Sequence record: SRR31156797_986
Reading direction: 5' to 3' (one strand)
DNA length: 20,000 bases
The notes below the pieces were generated by a model. The model was not told the DNA's origin, ran no database searches, and worked only from the letters and a program-made list of their open reading frames with translations. This document shows, one piece after another, positions 7,561 through 17,707 of the stretch; position 1 is the first letter of the stretch; the number at the start of each line of letters is the position of its first letter. The position numbers were made by a program, and so were the translations under genes.

Positions 7561-9114
7561 ATGAAAATCAACCTATTGTTTTATTTATTGCTGACTTTGA
7601 TATATGCAGGTTGTAGTCAGGAACATTCCAATGAAGCTAACCATAATCATGAATCCGGGGCTGATCATTCCGGCGAATCAGGACTCGACCATAAGGCAGA
7701 AGAAATTCCGAAAATACAATTTACGGAATATACTACACATTTCGAACTGTTTGCTGAGTCGGATGTGCTAATAGCAGGTGAACATGCACAAATCCTGGCG
7801 CATTTCACCAAGTTGCCGTCGTTTAAGCCACTCCGGAGTGGCCGGGTAACTGTAAGCCTCAACGTAAACGGAAAAGAAGCCTTGCAATCCCGGGAACAAC
7901 CTGTTCGGCCCGGTATATATCAGTTTGAGATCAAGCCTGATAATGCTGGCATAGGGAATCTTGTTTTTGAAATCGATGGACAGGAAAACAGCTTCAAAAT
8001 AGAGGTATCGGATGTCAGGGTATTTTCTAATCAACACCAAGCTATTGATGAAAATCCTGAACACAATCATGCTGAGTCCAATTCCATTGTTTTCACCAAG
8101 GAGCAATCCTGGAAGATCGATTTTGCCACTCAACCCGTTTCGGAAGGCCCTTTCAGTAATGTGATTAAAACTACCGCCATAGTGCAGCCGGCACCTGCCG
8201 GCCGTGTTTTAATTACAGCAAAAACCAGCGGTATCGTTTCACTTTCAAAGGGATTTATAGTACCCGGAACGGAAGTAGATGCGGGAGAAACCCTGTTCAC
8301 TATTTCAGGCAGCGGAATGGCCGATAACAACTTTGCTGTCAGGTTTACTGAGGTCCGCAACAATTATGAAACTGCTAAGCAAGAATATGAGCGAATGAAG
8401 GCGCTTGCAGAAGATAAAATCGTTACGGAATCACAACTGCTGGCAGCAAAAAATAAGTTTGAAAATGCCAATGTAAAATTTGAGAATCTACAGCAGCATT
8501 TCGATGCCTCGGGGCAAAAAGTATATAGCCCGGTTGCAGGAATGGTTGAAGACGTATTTGTCCATAACGGACAACATATCGAAAACGGAACACCTGTTTT
8601 AAGGATAATCGATGACGAGAACCTGATGCTTCGTGCAGATGTGAGCTCGAAATGCATGGATGTTCTTGGAACAGTAACATCTGGCAATATTCGCATATTG
8701 CCGGAAGGAAGGATTGTTACACTGGGTGATTTTTCAAATGGAAATTTCATTTTCGGGAAAGCCACCAACACCTCCAACTACCTGATTCCTGTGAGCATTA
8801 AGTTAAATTGGCAAACTGATTTGATACCCGGGCAGTTTGTTGAATTATACCTCAAGGCACAATCATCAGAATCAGTGATCACCGTTCCCAATTCATCACT
8901 GCTTGAAGAGCAGGGTAGTTTTTATGTTTTTGTCCAGATCACTCCGGAGTTGTTCGAAAAGCGGCTGGTGAAATCCGGTGCTACTGATGGCATGAAAACT
9001 GAAATTATCAGTGGCTTATCTGCTCACAACCGTATCGTAACCAGCGGTTCCATGCTTATAAAACTAGCCCAGACCACAGGAACACTCGATGCCCATTCGG
9101 GTCATGTTCACTAA
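7561..9114 (+). CDS. czcB: Heavy-metal RND efflux periplasmic adaptor (CzcB/CusB family), probable lipoprotein
   Basis: Lipobox-like LIYAGC, His-rich N-terminus (HSNEANHNHE..DH..DH) and C-terminus (AHSGHVH). Lipoyl/hairpin MFP motifs (ITAKTSGIV, SPVAGMVEDVFVHNGQ, LIPGQFV, VPNSSLLEEQG). The symbol is family-level only. Confidence 0.9.
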   Translation: MKINLLFYLLLTLIYAGCSQEHSNEANHNHESGADHSGESGLDHKAEEIPKIQFTEYTTHFELFAESDVLIAGEHAQILAHFTKLPSFKPLRSGRVTVSLNVNGKEALQSREQPVRPGIYQFEIKPDNAGIGNLVFEIDGQENSFKIEVSDVRVFSNQHQAIDENPEHNHAESNSIVFTKEQSWKIDFATQPVSEGPFSNVIKTTAIVQPAPAGRVLITAKTSGIVSLSKGFIVPGTEVDAGETLFTISGSGMADNNFAVRFTEVRNNYETAKQEYERMKALAEDKIVTESQLLAAKNKFENANVKFENLQQHFDASGQKVYSPVAGMVEDVFVHNGQHIENGTPVLRIIDDENLMLRADVSSKCMDVLGTVTSGNIRILPEGRIVTLGDFSNGNFIFGKATNTSNYLIPVSIKLNWQTDLIPGQFVELYLKAQSSESVITVPNSSLLEEQGSFYVFVQITPELFEKRLVKSGATDGMKTEIISGLSAHNRIVTSGSMLIKLAQTTGTLDAHSGHVH

Positions 9115-9126
9115 AATTGCCATACC

Positions 9127-12100
9127 ATGCTAAATAACATAATAAAATTTTCGCTCAATAACAAATACCTTGTACTGACAGTAACTGTTGTGCTCATTAT
9201 CGCGGGAATCCGAACAGCTGTAAATATGGATATCGATGTTTTTCCCGATCTGACAGCGCCCACAGTTGTGGTAATGACCGATGCCCACGGTATGGCCTCT
9301 GAAGAGGTGGAGCGCCTGGTTACCTATCCCATCGAAACAGCTGTGAACGGGGCTAATGATGTACGGCGTGTCCGTTCATCTTCATCTCAGGGATATTCAT
9401 TTGTGTGGGTGGAGTTCGACTGGGGTACCGACATATACAAAGCAAGGCAGATCGTCAGCGAAAAACTGATTACCGTTACGCCGCAGATGCCTCTGGGGGT
9501 TGATCAGCCCATTCTGGCACCACAATCCAGTGTAATGGGTGAGATATTTTTTATTGGATTACAGTCAGACAGTACCAGTATGATGGAGCTGAGAACCATC
9601 GCCGAATGGAATATTAAGCCTCTGATACTGGCCACAGGTGGTGTATCGCAGGTGACTATCATCGGGGGAGACCTTAAGCAGTACCAGGTACTGGCCAATC
9701 CCGCCCATATGAGATTTTACGATGTATCGCTTTCAGAACTGACCGAAATCTGTAAGGGAATCAGCACCAATTCATCCGGGAATGTGGTGCGACAATATGG
9801 CAACGAATATGTAGTAAGAGGTATTGGGCGAACCACCGATGTGGAAGCGTTGGGGAATTCATTCATCAAAGCAGTAAATGGTAAACCGGTAAGGTTGCGC
9901 GATGTTGCGGATGTCATCGTCGGCAGTGCTGTAAAGATGGGTTATGCATCAAAAAATGCAAGCCCGGCTATTATCATTTCCGTTTCGAAACAACCCAATA
10001 TCAACACGCTGGATGTAACCGAACAGATTGAAACCAACCTGTTGGAGCTGAAAAGATCACTTCCACCTGATGTGAAGCTGGATACCAATATTTTCAGGCA
10101 GGCCGATTTCATCGAAACATCGGTAACCAATGTTCAGAACGCGCTGATTGAAGGTGCGATTTTTATCACCATTATCCTGTTTATTTTTCTGGGCAGTTTT
10201 CGCATCACGCTGATTTCGTTAGTGGCCATCCCTGTTTCTTTGCTTTCGGCTATAATGGTTCTGAAGTTGCTGGGGCTGAACATAAATACGATGAGCCTTG
10301 GCGGTATGGCCATTGCCATCGGTTCGCTGGTTGATGATGCCATAATCGATGTGGAAAATGTGTACAGGAGGCTGCGTCAAAATCGACATCTTCCTCCAGG
10401 GGCTAAACAAACGGCTTTTACCGTGGTGTTTGAAGCTTCCAGGGAAATCAGAGCATCGATCTTAAATGCCACACTGATCATCATGGTTGCTTTTCTGCCT
10501 TTATTTTTCCTTTCGGGCATGGAGGGACGCATGCTCAAACCACTGGGGATTTCATTTATCGTTTCGCTGTTTGCCTCGTTGATTGTAGCCATGACTCTTA
10601 CTCCACTACTTTCGAAAATGTTGCTGACCAACAAAAATTATCTCGCTAAAAATGATAAAGATAAATGGCTGGTGAGCCATTTAACACGTATTTACGGCAT
10701 GTCGCTATCCTGGTCGCTTAAAAATAAATCCAAAATCATTTTACCCATAATCGGTTTATTTATCATTTCAATACTGGTATTTACATCACTGGGCCGAAGT
10801 TTTCTCCCGGAGTTTAACGAAGGTTCGCTAACGCTGTCGGTGGTTACTCAACCGGGTACATCGCTGGAAGAGAGCAGCCAACTGGGTAACCTGGTGGAAA
10901 CTGAGATGCTGATGATCCCGGAGATCAACAGTACTGCCCGGCGCACTGGCCGGGGAGAGTTGGATGAACATTCGCAAACCACGAATAGTGCCGAAATCGA
11001 TATGAACTTTACACTCAACAAACGAAGCCATAGGGCATTTTTAGCTGATGTACGTCAAACACTGGCAGGAATTCCCGGAATTGCTTTTACGGTGGGGCAA
11101 CCACTCGGGCACCGTATCGACCACATGCTTTCAGGAACGCGTGCAAATATTGCTATTAAGTTGTTTGGAACCAACCTCAACAACATGTTTATGCTAGGAA
11201 ACCAGATTAAAAGTGAGATCGTAGATATCGAAGGCCTTGTTGATGTGAATGTGGACCAGCAGGTTGAGATTCCGCAAGTTCAGATTCGTGCCAACCGCGA
11301 GATGCTTGCAAATTTTGGAATTACATTGGAGCGGTTTAACCATTTTGTGGATGTAGCATTTGCCGGCGAAAAGGTTTCGGATATTTATGAGGGCCAGAAA
11401 AGTTTCGATCTCGTTGTCAGACTCAATAAAGAATATACAGAATCTTTAGATGGTATACGGGCTGCGCTGATCACTACCGAAGATGGGAAACAGGTCCCGC
11501 TTGAACAGGTGGCTGACATTGTATCGGTGTCGGGCCCCAGCAGTATCAGCCGCGAGGACGTGCAACGGAAGATTGTGATTGCCGCTAACGTGGCCGGCCG
11601 TGACCTCAGGAGTGTTGTAAATAATATTCGCGAACGAGTTGAAGCAAATATCAACCTGCCTGAAGGTTACCGTATTGAATTTGGCGGGCAATTCAAAAGT
11701 GAGGCCCGGGCATCCCGCACGCTTCTGCTAACCTCCATCATGGCTATCATCATTATTTTTCTTTTGTTGTTTCAGGAGTTTAGAGATTTTAAACTGGCAG
11801 GCATCATTCTGCTCAATCTTCCTTTGGCCCTGATCGGAGGTGTGTTTTCTATCTATTTCACCTCCGGGATTTTAAGCATTCCCGCCATCATCGGTTTTAT
11901 TACCCTTTTCGGGATTGCAACACGTAACGGCATCCTGTTGATTTCAAATTACCAGAAGCTGCAAAGTCAGGGGGTTTCGCTGCACGAGACAGTGGTCAGA
12001 GGATCATCGGACCGGCTGAATGCTATCCTGATGACTGCACTTACGGCCGCCCTTGCACTTATTCCGCTGGCGATGCGCGGCGACTTGTCGGGAAATGAAA

Positions 12101-12222
12101 TACAAAGCCCCATGGCGAAAGTGATCCTGGGTGGTCTTTTAACATCAACATTGCTCAATATTTTCATTGTGCCTATCATTTACAACGAACTCATGTCAGG
12201 AAAAAAACCTAAATCAGCATGA
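9127..12222 (+). CDS. czcA: CzcA/CusA-family heavy-metal efflux RND permease
   Basis: 1031 aa. IDVFPDLTAPTV, EEVERLVTYPIE, TM4 AIGSLVDDAIIDVEN, FLPEFNEG, RLNAILMTALTAALALIPLA, EIQSPMAKVILGGL. The symbol is family-level only, and the metal is not established. Confidence 0.95.
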   Translation: MLNNIIKFSLNNKYLVLTVTVVLIIAGIRTAVNMDIDVFPDLTAPTVVVMTDAHGMASEEVERLVTYPIETAVNGANDVRRVRSSSSQGYSFVWVEFDWGTDIYKARQIVSEKLITVTPQMPLGVDQPILAPQSSVMGEIFFIGLQSDSTSMMELRTIAEWNIKPLILATGGVSQVTIIGGDLKQYQVLANPAHMRFYDVSLSELTEICKGISTNSSGNVVRQYGNEYVVRGIGRTTDVEALGNSFIKAVNGKPVRLRDVADVIVGSAVKMGYASKNASPAIIISVSKQPNINTLDVTEQIETNLLELKRSLPPDVKLDTNIFRQADFIETSVTNVQNALIEGAIFITIILFIFLGSFRITLISLVAIPVSLLSAIMVLKLLGLNINTMSLGGMAIAIGSLVDDAIIDVENVYRRLRQNRHLPPGAKQTAFTVVFEASREIRASILNATLIIMVAFLPLFFLSGMEGRMLKPLGISFIVSLFASLIVAMTLTPLLSKMLLTNKNYLAKNDKDKWLVSHLTRIYGMSLSWSLKNKSKIILPIIGLFIISILVFTSLGRSFLPEFNEGSLTLSVVTQPGTSLEESSQLGNLVETEMLMIPEINSTARRTGRGELDEHSQTTNSAEIDMNFTLNKRSHRAFLADVRQTLAGIPGIAFTVGQPLGHRIDHMLSGTRANIAIKLFGTNLNNMFMLGNQIKSEIVDIEGLVDVNVDQQVEIPQVQIRANREMLANFGITLERFNHFVDVAFAGEKVSDIYEGQKSFDLVVRLNKEYTESLDGIRAALITTEDGKQVPLEQVADIVSVSGPSSISREDVQRKIVIAANVAGRDLRSVVNNIRERVEANINLPEGYRIEFGGQFKSEARASRTLLLTSIMAIIIIFLLLFQEFRDFKLAGIILLNLPLALIGGVFSIYFTSGILSIPAIIGFITLFGIATRNGILLISNYQKLQSQGVSLHETVVRGSSDRLNAILMTALTAALALIPLAMRGDLSGNEIQSPMAKVILGGLLTSTLLNIFIVPIIYNELMSGKKPKSA

Positions 12223-13394
12223 AGAAAACTATCATCATATTCAGTATTGTAATCCTTGCCATATCAACAGAAGCACAAAGTAACCTCGATAGTATCGTGT
12301 CGGCGATTGAAGCTAATAATCCCATTTTATCTGCACTTCATAAAGAAATCGAGGCTGAGAAGCTCGGCAATAAAACAGGAATTTATCTTCAGAATCCGGA
12401 GGTGGAATTTCATTATTTATGGGGCAACCCTTCGGCCATTGGTAAGCGCGATGACCTCAGCATTACACAAGGTTTCGATTTTCCAACTGCTTATGGATAT
12501 CGAAACCAGATTTCGGATATTAAAAATCGACAAGCCGAGCTGGAATACCAAAAACAGCGACTGGATATTATGCTGGTGATACAGTTCCTGCTCATCGATT
12601 TGACACGATACAATGCCCTCATTGTGGAGCTGGAAAAGCGCCGGGACCATGCAGCCGAAATTGCAGAGGCCTACCGGTCGAAATATGACAATGGAGAAGC
12701 CAGTATAATCGAATATAACAAAGCCATGCTAAATTTACTCAATGCACGAACTGCGCTTGGGGCAGAGGAGGTAAAGCGTGAGGGGTTGGTTAAGGAGCTT
12801 GTGGGTTACAATGGAGGGAAGCCGGTTAATTACGATGGTACCCAATTCTACCATCAGCAAGTGCCTGAGGATTTTGAAAGATGGTTTTCTGAAGTAGCTC
12901 AAAAAAATCCCGTGTTGAACTGGCTTAACCAGGAGATTAACCGTAACCTGAAACAACAAAAGCTCAGCACAGCGCTGAGCCTTCCGAAATTTCACGCCGG
13001 ATACATGAGCGAGCAGACAGAAACCGATGGTTTCAGGGGCATAACTTTTGGACTGTCAATTCCACTGTGGGAAAATAAGAATACGGTTAAATACGCACAG
13101 GCAAGTGTTGATGCTGCGGCGGAAATGAAAGCCGGCCGTGAGATGCAATTTTATAATCGGTTGAAAGCTCTTCATACACAGGCAAAAGGATTGCAGGAAA
13201 ATGTAAACGATTTCAGGGAAAGTTTGGGTTTATACGACAATTCGGAATTGCTTAAAAAGGCTTTTGACAGAGGAGAGATTACGCTGATCGATTATATCAT
13301 GGAACTGACAATCTACTATGAGAGTGTGGACAGACTTCTTGGCCTGGAAAAAGAACTGGCCGTAACGCTTGTAAAACTTTACAAGTATATGTGA
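12219..13394 (+). CDS. czcC: TolC/CzcC-family outer-membrane efflux channel
   Basis: Signal peptide, AIEANNPIL, QNPEVEF, GITFGLSIPLW and FDRGEITLIDY motifs of outer-membrane efflux proteins. ATGA overlap with the RND stop suggests translational coupling. The symbol is family-level only. Confidence 0.88.
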   Translation: MKKTIIIFSIVILAISTEAQSNLDSIVSAIEANNPILSALHKEIEAEKLGNKTGIYLQNPEVEFHYLWGNPSAIGKRDDLSITQGFDFPTAYGYRNQISDIKNRQAELEYQKQRLDIMLVIQFLLIDLTRYNALIVELEKRRDHAAEIAEAYRSKYDNGEASIIEYNKAMLNLLNARTALGAEEVKREGLVKELVGYNGGKPVNYDGTQFYHQQVPEDFERWFSEVAQKNPVLNWLNQEINRNLKQQKLSTALSLPKFHAGYMSEQTETDGFRGITFGLSIPLWENKNTVKYAQASVDAAAEMKAGREMQFYNRLKALHTQAKGLQENVNDFRESLGLYDNSELLKKAFDRGEITLIDYIMELTIYYESVDRLLGLEKELAVTLVKLYKYM

Positions 13395-13626
13395 GCCGGG
13401 TTTATATTCAATAGATATCAACTGGTCGTTTGAGTTTGAGTATGAATAATAGATCGGGTGAAGTTTCGGGATTTACGTAATATTTTAAGAAATCCAATAG
13501 GCTATTTTCCGTATTTTTACTTTATGTGTCGTCTGATGGACTACCTGTGGACTTCAATTGAACCTTAGAGATAGGGCTTATCTTCCAGGAAATTATCCAT
13601 TGAGATGGAAGTTGAACAGGATAAAA

Positions 13627-16600
13627 TTATTCCACACGCAATTCCCGGATGGAAAATCGTTTCATGCTGCTCCTCAATGGAAAATAAATCCATAGCAGTC
13701 CACTAATTACGATGGCCAGGATAAGTATGGTTACCAGGTTGGTGTTCATGGTGAAAGCCGGACTCAGGATTGAAGGCAATATGCCGATGAAAGCGGCCAG
13801 CATCCCGGTGATTATTCCAAATGCAAGTATCAGAATATTTTCCAGGAAAATGATTTTCAAAATCTGAGGTTTCCTGAATCCCAGCGCCAACATTACTGCC
13901 AGCTCACTTTTCCGTTCCAGCAGGTTTCGCAACAAAACAATACCCAGACCGATGGTTCCGATTAACACCCCCAGGCCTCCCAGGATCATAAAGACGGAGA
14001 GGTAGGTATTGGTAACCGAATTGAATGTGGCCAGTCGGGTGGTAGTTGGGGTAAGTTCGATACCTAAATCAGTGAGCCGTGTTTCCAATAGTACAGCAAC
14101 AGCATCTTTATTTTGCTCCGGAGCATCGATCAGCATAATCTGTGAACCTCCGGATGATGGAAAGTTTTCCCTGAAGATTTGCTCATCTATCAGGATGTTT
14201 CCCTGGAAAATGGAATTCTTTAAACCGGCTATTAGCAGCAATCTGATCTCCTTTCCCTGTTCGTTCAGATAGGTTAAGGTATCGCCTACCTTTTTCATCA
14301 ATCCCCATGTTATCACTGTCTGGTCTGCGATGGCCGGAATTACACCGTTGTCCATTTTGTTTCGGAGCGATAGCCAGGGTTGATCATCAGCAATCCAGTT
14401 GAGTTTATTGGCGATTGAGAATGAACCTTTTTGATCGAATGCAGCCGGATGGATGCCAAGTATCTGAGGCTGGTTTACCTGGTTCAGGTTCAGGCAACTG
14501 GCGTCGTCACCCAGGCGGGATAAAAACTGAACGAACTGCACACTGTCCAGCAAGGTCTCATCTTCCAAACCATATTTCAATTTTCCTTCACTGGTGTTCA
14601 GGTCATAAATCAGTGGAACGGATGTTTCTGCCCAAAAAGTGAAACCGCCGGTTCCGGAACTGTTTCTATTTGAAGCGCCGTAAAAAGTTTGTTGGTTTGC
14701 CCCGGTAATAACGATGGTAAATGTTCCCAAAGCAAGCAACGTGATGGTGGAAAGGTTGGCTCCCGGATTTTTGGAGATGTTTCGGAAAATCAGTTTTGTG
14801 GTGGTTAAATCAGGATGAAATTTTTGGCTTTGCTTTTGCAGAACCCGGTAAATGATAGCCAGGCAACCAATGATGAAAAGCCCACCTGCAGTAAGAAATA
14901 AGCTTGAGTTTTGGTTAACAGAATTAAAAATGGAATAAACTACCAGCAGGAATGTTGCGGATAAACTCACGAAAATCAAAATAGTATTGGCCAGCAATTT
15001 TTTCTGCTTTTGCCCTTTTTTCGCAACAGCCGTTTTCGAAAACGCATGATGGACAGGCTGCTTCATTTTTCTTCGTACGATAATCCATATGGCTGCCAAA
15101 GCGATTAAAATACCCGAAATTGCGCCAATTGCCAGCGTGGTTGGCTCGACATGGATCCAAAGCATGGTTTCACGCACCACATCCTGCCATACTGAGTTTA
15201 ACCCATGCATGATCCCGATGTTGTAGAGGATACCTGTAAAAGCACCGGCTATGGCTCCCAGGATAATCACCAGCAAGGCTTCTGAAATCCTGAAACGGAT
15301 GATTTGCTTTTTCGAAAAACCCAGGGCCGAGAGTATGGCACCTTCGTGGTTGCGTGCTGTAACATGCAACGAAAAAAGCAAGGCTGTAAGCAAAATGCCG
15401 GCGGCAATCACGAAGAAACTCAGGCTCAGGAACAGTTCGCCAAAATCAACGGCATTGGTCACGGCATTCAGGCCATCAGACCTGACCGTCCGGAACTGCA
15501 AACCAAAATCCATCGGCGTAAGCCTGCTTTTGATTTGTTGTTCCAGGGCCTCACTTGATAATCCAGGAACGCTGAACCTAAATGCAGTATAAGTACCAAA
15601 CGGATTTCCCCAGATTTCTGTTCCGGAATCAAGGTTGATAAATGCCTTTGGTGTTCCCCGATAATCATCCCAGTATTTTTCATCTTTGTCCCTGATCGCT
15701 TCAAGGTCAACAGGAACGCCGGCATCCCATTCGGAGCAGCTCCCGGCATTGGCCATACCCGGGAAGTCAGGCATCAACGAACGCATTATTTCAGAATCAT
15801 TTAAAGGGATAATGGATTTGACCACAAACTGTGTTTGGGTTTCTTCCAATTTTCTTAGCGGCCCGATAATAAAATATTTGAGCAACAGGGTGTCACCAAT
15901 TTCGGCCATCAAATCATTGGCCAGCCATGAATTGATGGTGATTTCGTTAGCCTGAAGCGATTCAGGAATTATAGGTGGATTTGCGGCAGATATAAAAGAA
16001 TAGGGGGTGATCCTGTCATTCAGTTTGATCTCATTCACCAGGTAAGTCAAAACAGGTTCTGATGATAGACTAATGCTTTCAACTGCATCAGCAACCACCG
16101 GCTCAATAAAAATCCGGTTGGAGGTTAGCTCCAATGTTTTTGTACCTTCAATTTTTGATACTTCTAAACCGGCATCCTGCAATTTCCAGCTATGGCAAAA
16201 GGCAGTATTGATCTCTCCAGCATTTAAGCCTTCCCGGTTTTCAATCAGGATCATGTTGGCCAGATTTTTCAGTTCCAGTTGCTCAGCCAAAAATCTTCCT
16301 GAAACAAAAATATTGTAAGGTGCCACCTGATTACTTTGCAGGCTGAAACGCCCAAGTTCATCTGTCCCGGCAATTGATATTACTTTCAGCCTGCTGGATT
16401 TTGAGGTGGTATTTTCCTGAGCAAAAGGCGCGTTTGCAGGGATAATTTCTGCCTGCTCCATCCTGATGATAAGATCGTCGCCAACCCGGAGCTGCAATTT
16501 TTCTGCAAGGTTTTCACTGATGATGGCTTCCCCATTTTGAGGAGTTTCGAGTTTTAGATTTGACAGGCTGATAAAATCCGCATCAATACCCAGAATCTGT

Positions 16601-16917
16601 GTTTGATTGTTACGCAGGCCTGAAGATGGATTGATGGCAATGCCGGAGTTTCTGAGGATTGCTGCGGTTTTGGAGTTGAGGGATTCTGCAAGGTCATTGG
16701 CAAGCTGCGATCTGACAAACCGGTCGCCGGTTTCCAGTGCATAGCCCGTATTTCCCAGGCGGAGGTCCACCATTTTTCGAAGGCTGTAATCTACTGAGTC
16801 GCCGGTGATAAGTGCTCCGGTAAGGATGGCTGTGCTTAACAGGATGCCTGCCAGCAATGCCAGGTGCTGCCTGCGATAATGTAAAATGCTTTTTATGATC
16901 AGATTGAAAAATGTCAT
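13627..16917 (-). CDS. ABC transporter permease with duplicated MacB-PCD/FtsX modules
   Basis: 1096 aa. N-terminal TM followed by a large periplasmic domain, then an FtsX motif (RNHEGAILSALGFSKKQI), a second periplasmic domain and a second FtsX motif (ERKSELAVMLALGFRKPQI). Confidence 0.9.
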   Translation of the reverse strand: MTFFNLIIKSILHYRRQHLALLAGILLSTAILTGALITGDSVDYSLRKMVDLRLGNTGYALETGDRFVRSQLANDLAESLNSKTAAILRNSGIAINPSSGLRNNQTQILGIDADFISLSNLKLETPQNGEAIISENLAEKLQLRVGDDLIIRMEQAEIIPANAPFAQENTTSKSSRLKVISIAGTDELGRFSLQSNQVAPYNIFVSGRFLAEQLELKNLANMILIENREGLNAGEINTAFCHSWKLQDAGLEVSKIEGTKTLELTSNRIFIEPVVADAVESISLSSEPVLTYLVNEIKLNDRITPYSFISAANPPIIPESLQANEITINSWLANDLMAEIGDTLLLKYFIIGPLRKLEETQTQFVVKSIIPLNDSEIMRSLMPDFPGMANAGSCSEWDAGVPVDLEAIRDKDEKYWDDYRGTPKAFINLDSGTEIWGNPFGTYTAFRFSVPGLSSEALEQQIKSRLTPMDFGLQFRTVRSDGLNAVTNAVDFGELFLSLSFFVIAAGILLTALLFSLHVTARNHEGAILSALGFSKKQIIRFRISEALLVIILGAIAGAFTGILYNIGIMHGLNSVWQDVVRETMLWIHVEPTTLAIGAISGILIALAAIWIIVRRKMKQPVHHAFSKTAVAKKGQKQKKLLANTILIFVSLSATFLLVVYSIFNSVNQNSSLFLTAGGLFIIGCLAIIYRVLQKQSQKFHPDLTTTKLIFRNISKNPGANLSTITLLALGTFTIVITGANQQTFYGASNRNSSGTGGFTFWAETSVPLIYDLNTSEGKLKYGLEDETLLDSVQFVQFLSRLGDDASCLNLNQVNQPQILGIHPAAFDQKGSFSIANKLNWIADDQPWLSLRNKMDNGVIPAIADQTVITWGLMKKVGDTLTYLNEQGKEIRLLLIAGLKNSIFQGNILIDEQIFRENFPSSGGSQIMLIDAPEQNKDAVAVLLETRLTDLGIELTPTTTRLATFNSVTNTYLSVFMILGGLGVLIGTIGLGIVLLRNLLERKSELAVMLALGFRKPQILKIIFLENILILAFGIITGMLAAFIGILPSILSPAFTMNTNLVTILILAIVISGLLWIYFPLRSSMKRFSIRELRVE

Positions 16918-16923
16918 TTTGAA

Positions 16924-17604
16924 TTACCCGTTTAATTTTCCGTTTTCAAGTGTATAGACTTTTTTCATCTGCCTGGCCAGTTTTTCGGCGTGGGTTACTA
17001 CAACCATCGAAACTTCTTTTTCTTCATTGATTTTCAGGAGTAACTCAGCCAGATCCTGTGCTGATTTCTGATCAAGGGATCCTGTGGGTTCATCGGCAAG
17101 GAGGATTTCCGGTTCGTTGATCAGCGCGCGTACGATGGCTGTGCGCTGGCACTCACCCACGGAAAGCTGTCCGGGTTTTTGTTTGGTCTTATCCTTAAGG
17201 CCTACAATATTAAGCAGTTCCATGGCCCGGTCGGGAGCGGTTTTTTTAAGGGTTTGGTCGTGGTGCGGAATCAAAGGGAGCAAAACACTTTCCAGTAATG
17301 TAAGTTGCGGAAGCAGGTGATGCATCTGGAAAACAAAACCTATATGCTGATTGCGGAGTTGAGAAAGTGCTTTGTCGTCCATTCCTGAGGTGTTGACTTC
17401 ACCGATCAAAACCTGGCCATTATCCGGTTTATCAAGCGTTCCGGTGATGTTGAGCAGCGTACTTTTTCCGGAACCCGAAGGCCCCACAACTCCCAGCATC
17501 TCGCCTTTATTGATGGTAAGTGAGATATCCTCAAGAACAGTTCTGTAATTTCCGGAGCCCGGTATCTGGTAGTGTTTTGATATATTTTGTAGTTGGATGA
17601 TCAT
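16924..17604 (-). CDS. ABC transporter ATP-binding protein (LolD/MacB type)
   Basis: Walker A GPSGSGKST, IGFVFQMHHLL, signature LSVGECQR, Walker B ILLADEPTGSLD, VVTH. It ends 6 bp before the permease start. Confidence 0.93.
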   Translation of the reverse strand: MIIQLQNISKHYQIPGSGNYRTVLEDISLTINKGEMLGVVGPSGSGKSTLLNITGTLDKPDNGQVLIGEVNTSGMDDKALSQLRNQHIGFVFQMHHLLPQLTLLESVLLPLIPHHDQTLKKTAPDRAMELLNIVGLKDKTKQKPGQLSVGECQRTAIVRALINEPEILLADEPTGSLDQKSAQDLAELLLKINEEKEVSMVVVTHAEKLARQMKKVYTLENGKLNG

Positions 17605-17623
17605 GTTGGATGAAATTTGATTT

Positions 17624-17631
17624 CAAAGATA
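17624..17631 (-). promoter_or_regulatory. Possible -7 promoter element upstream of the ABC ATPase
   Basis: Minus-strand TATCTTTG (TAnnTTTG) 19 nt before the ATG. No clear -33 TTTG. Confidence 0.45.
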
Positions 17632-17659
17632 AAGTATTTGGAAGTAATTGCGGAGGTCC

Positions 17660-17707
17660 AGCGATGTCATCACTATTGAAAACAGCTTATGTAGTGATGA
17701 CATCGCT
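17660..17707. repeat. REP-like inverted doublet (REPIN-like) downstream of the RAYT
   Basis: Perfect 16-bp inverted repeat AGCGATGTCATCACTA (17660-17675)/TAGTGATGACATCGCT (17692-17707). Each arm is itself a near-palindrome around GATG-W-CATC. Confidence 0.8.

Noticed and set aside
13395-13626. Bidirectional terminator or sRNA between the convergent TolC-family and permease genes
   Set aside because: Only weak, large-loop inverted repeats (GGATTT/AAATCC, CTTCCA/TGGAAG) without convincing U-tracts.
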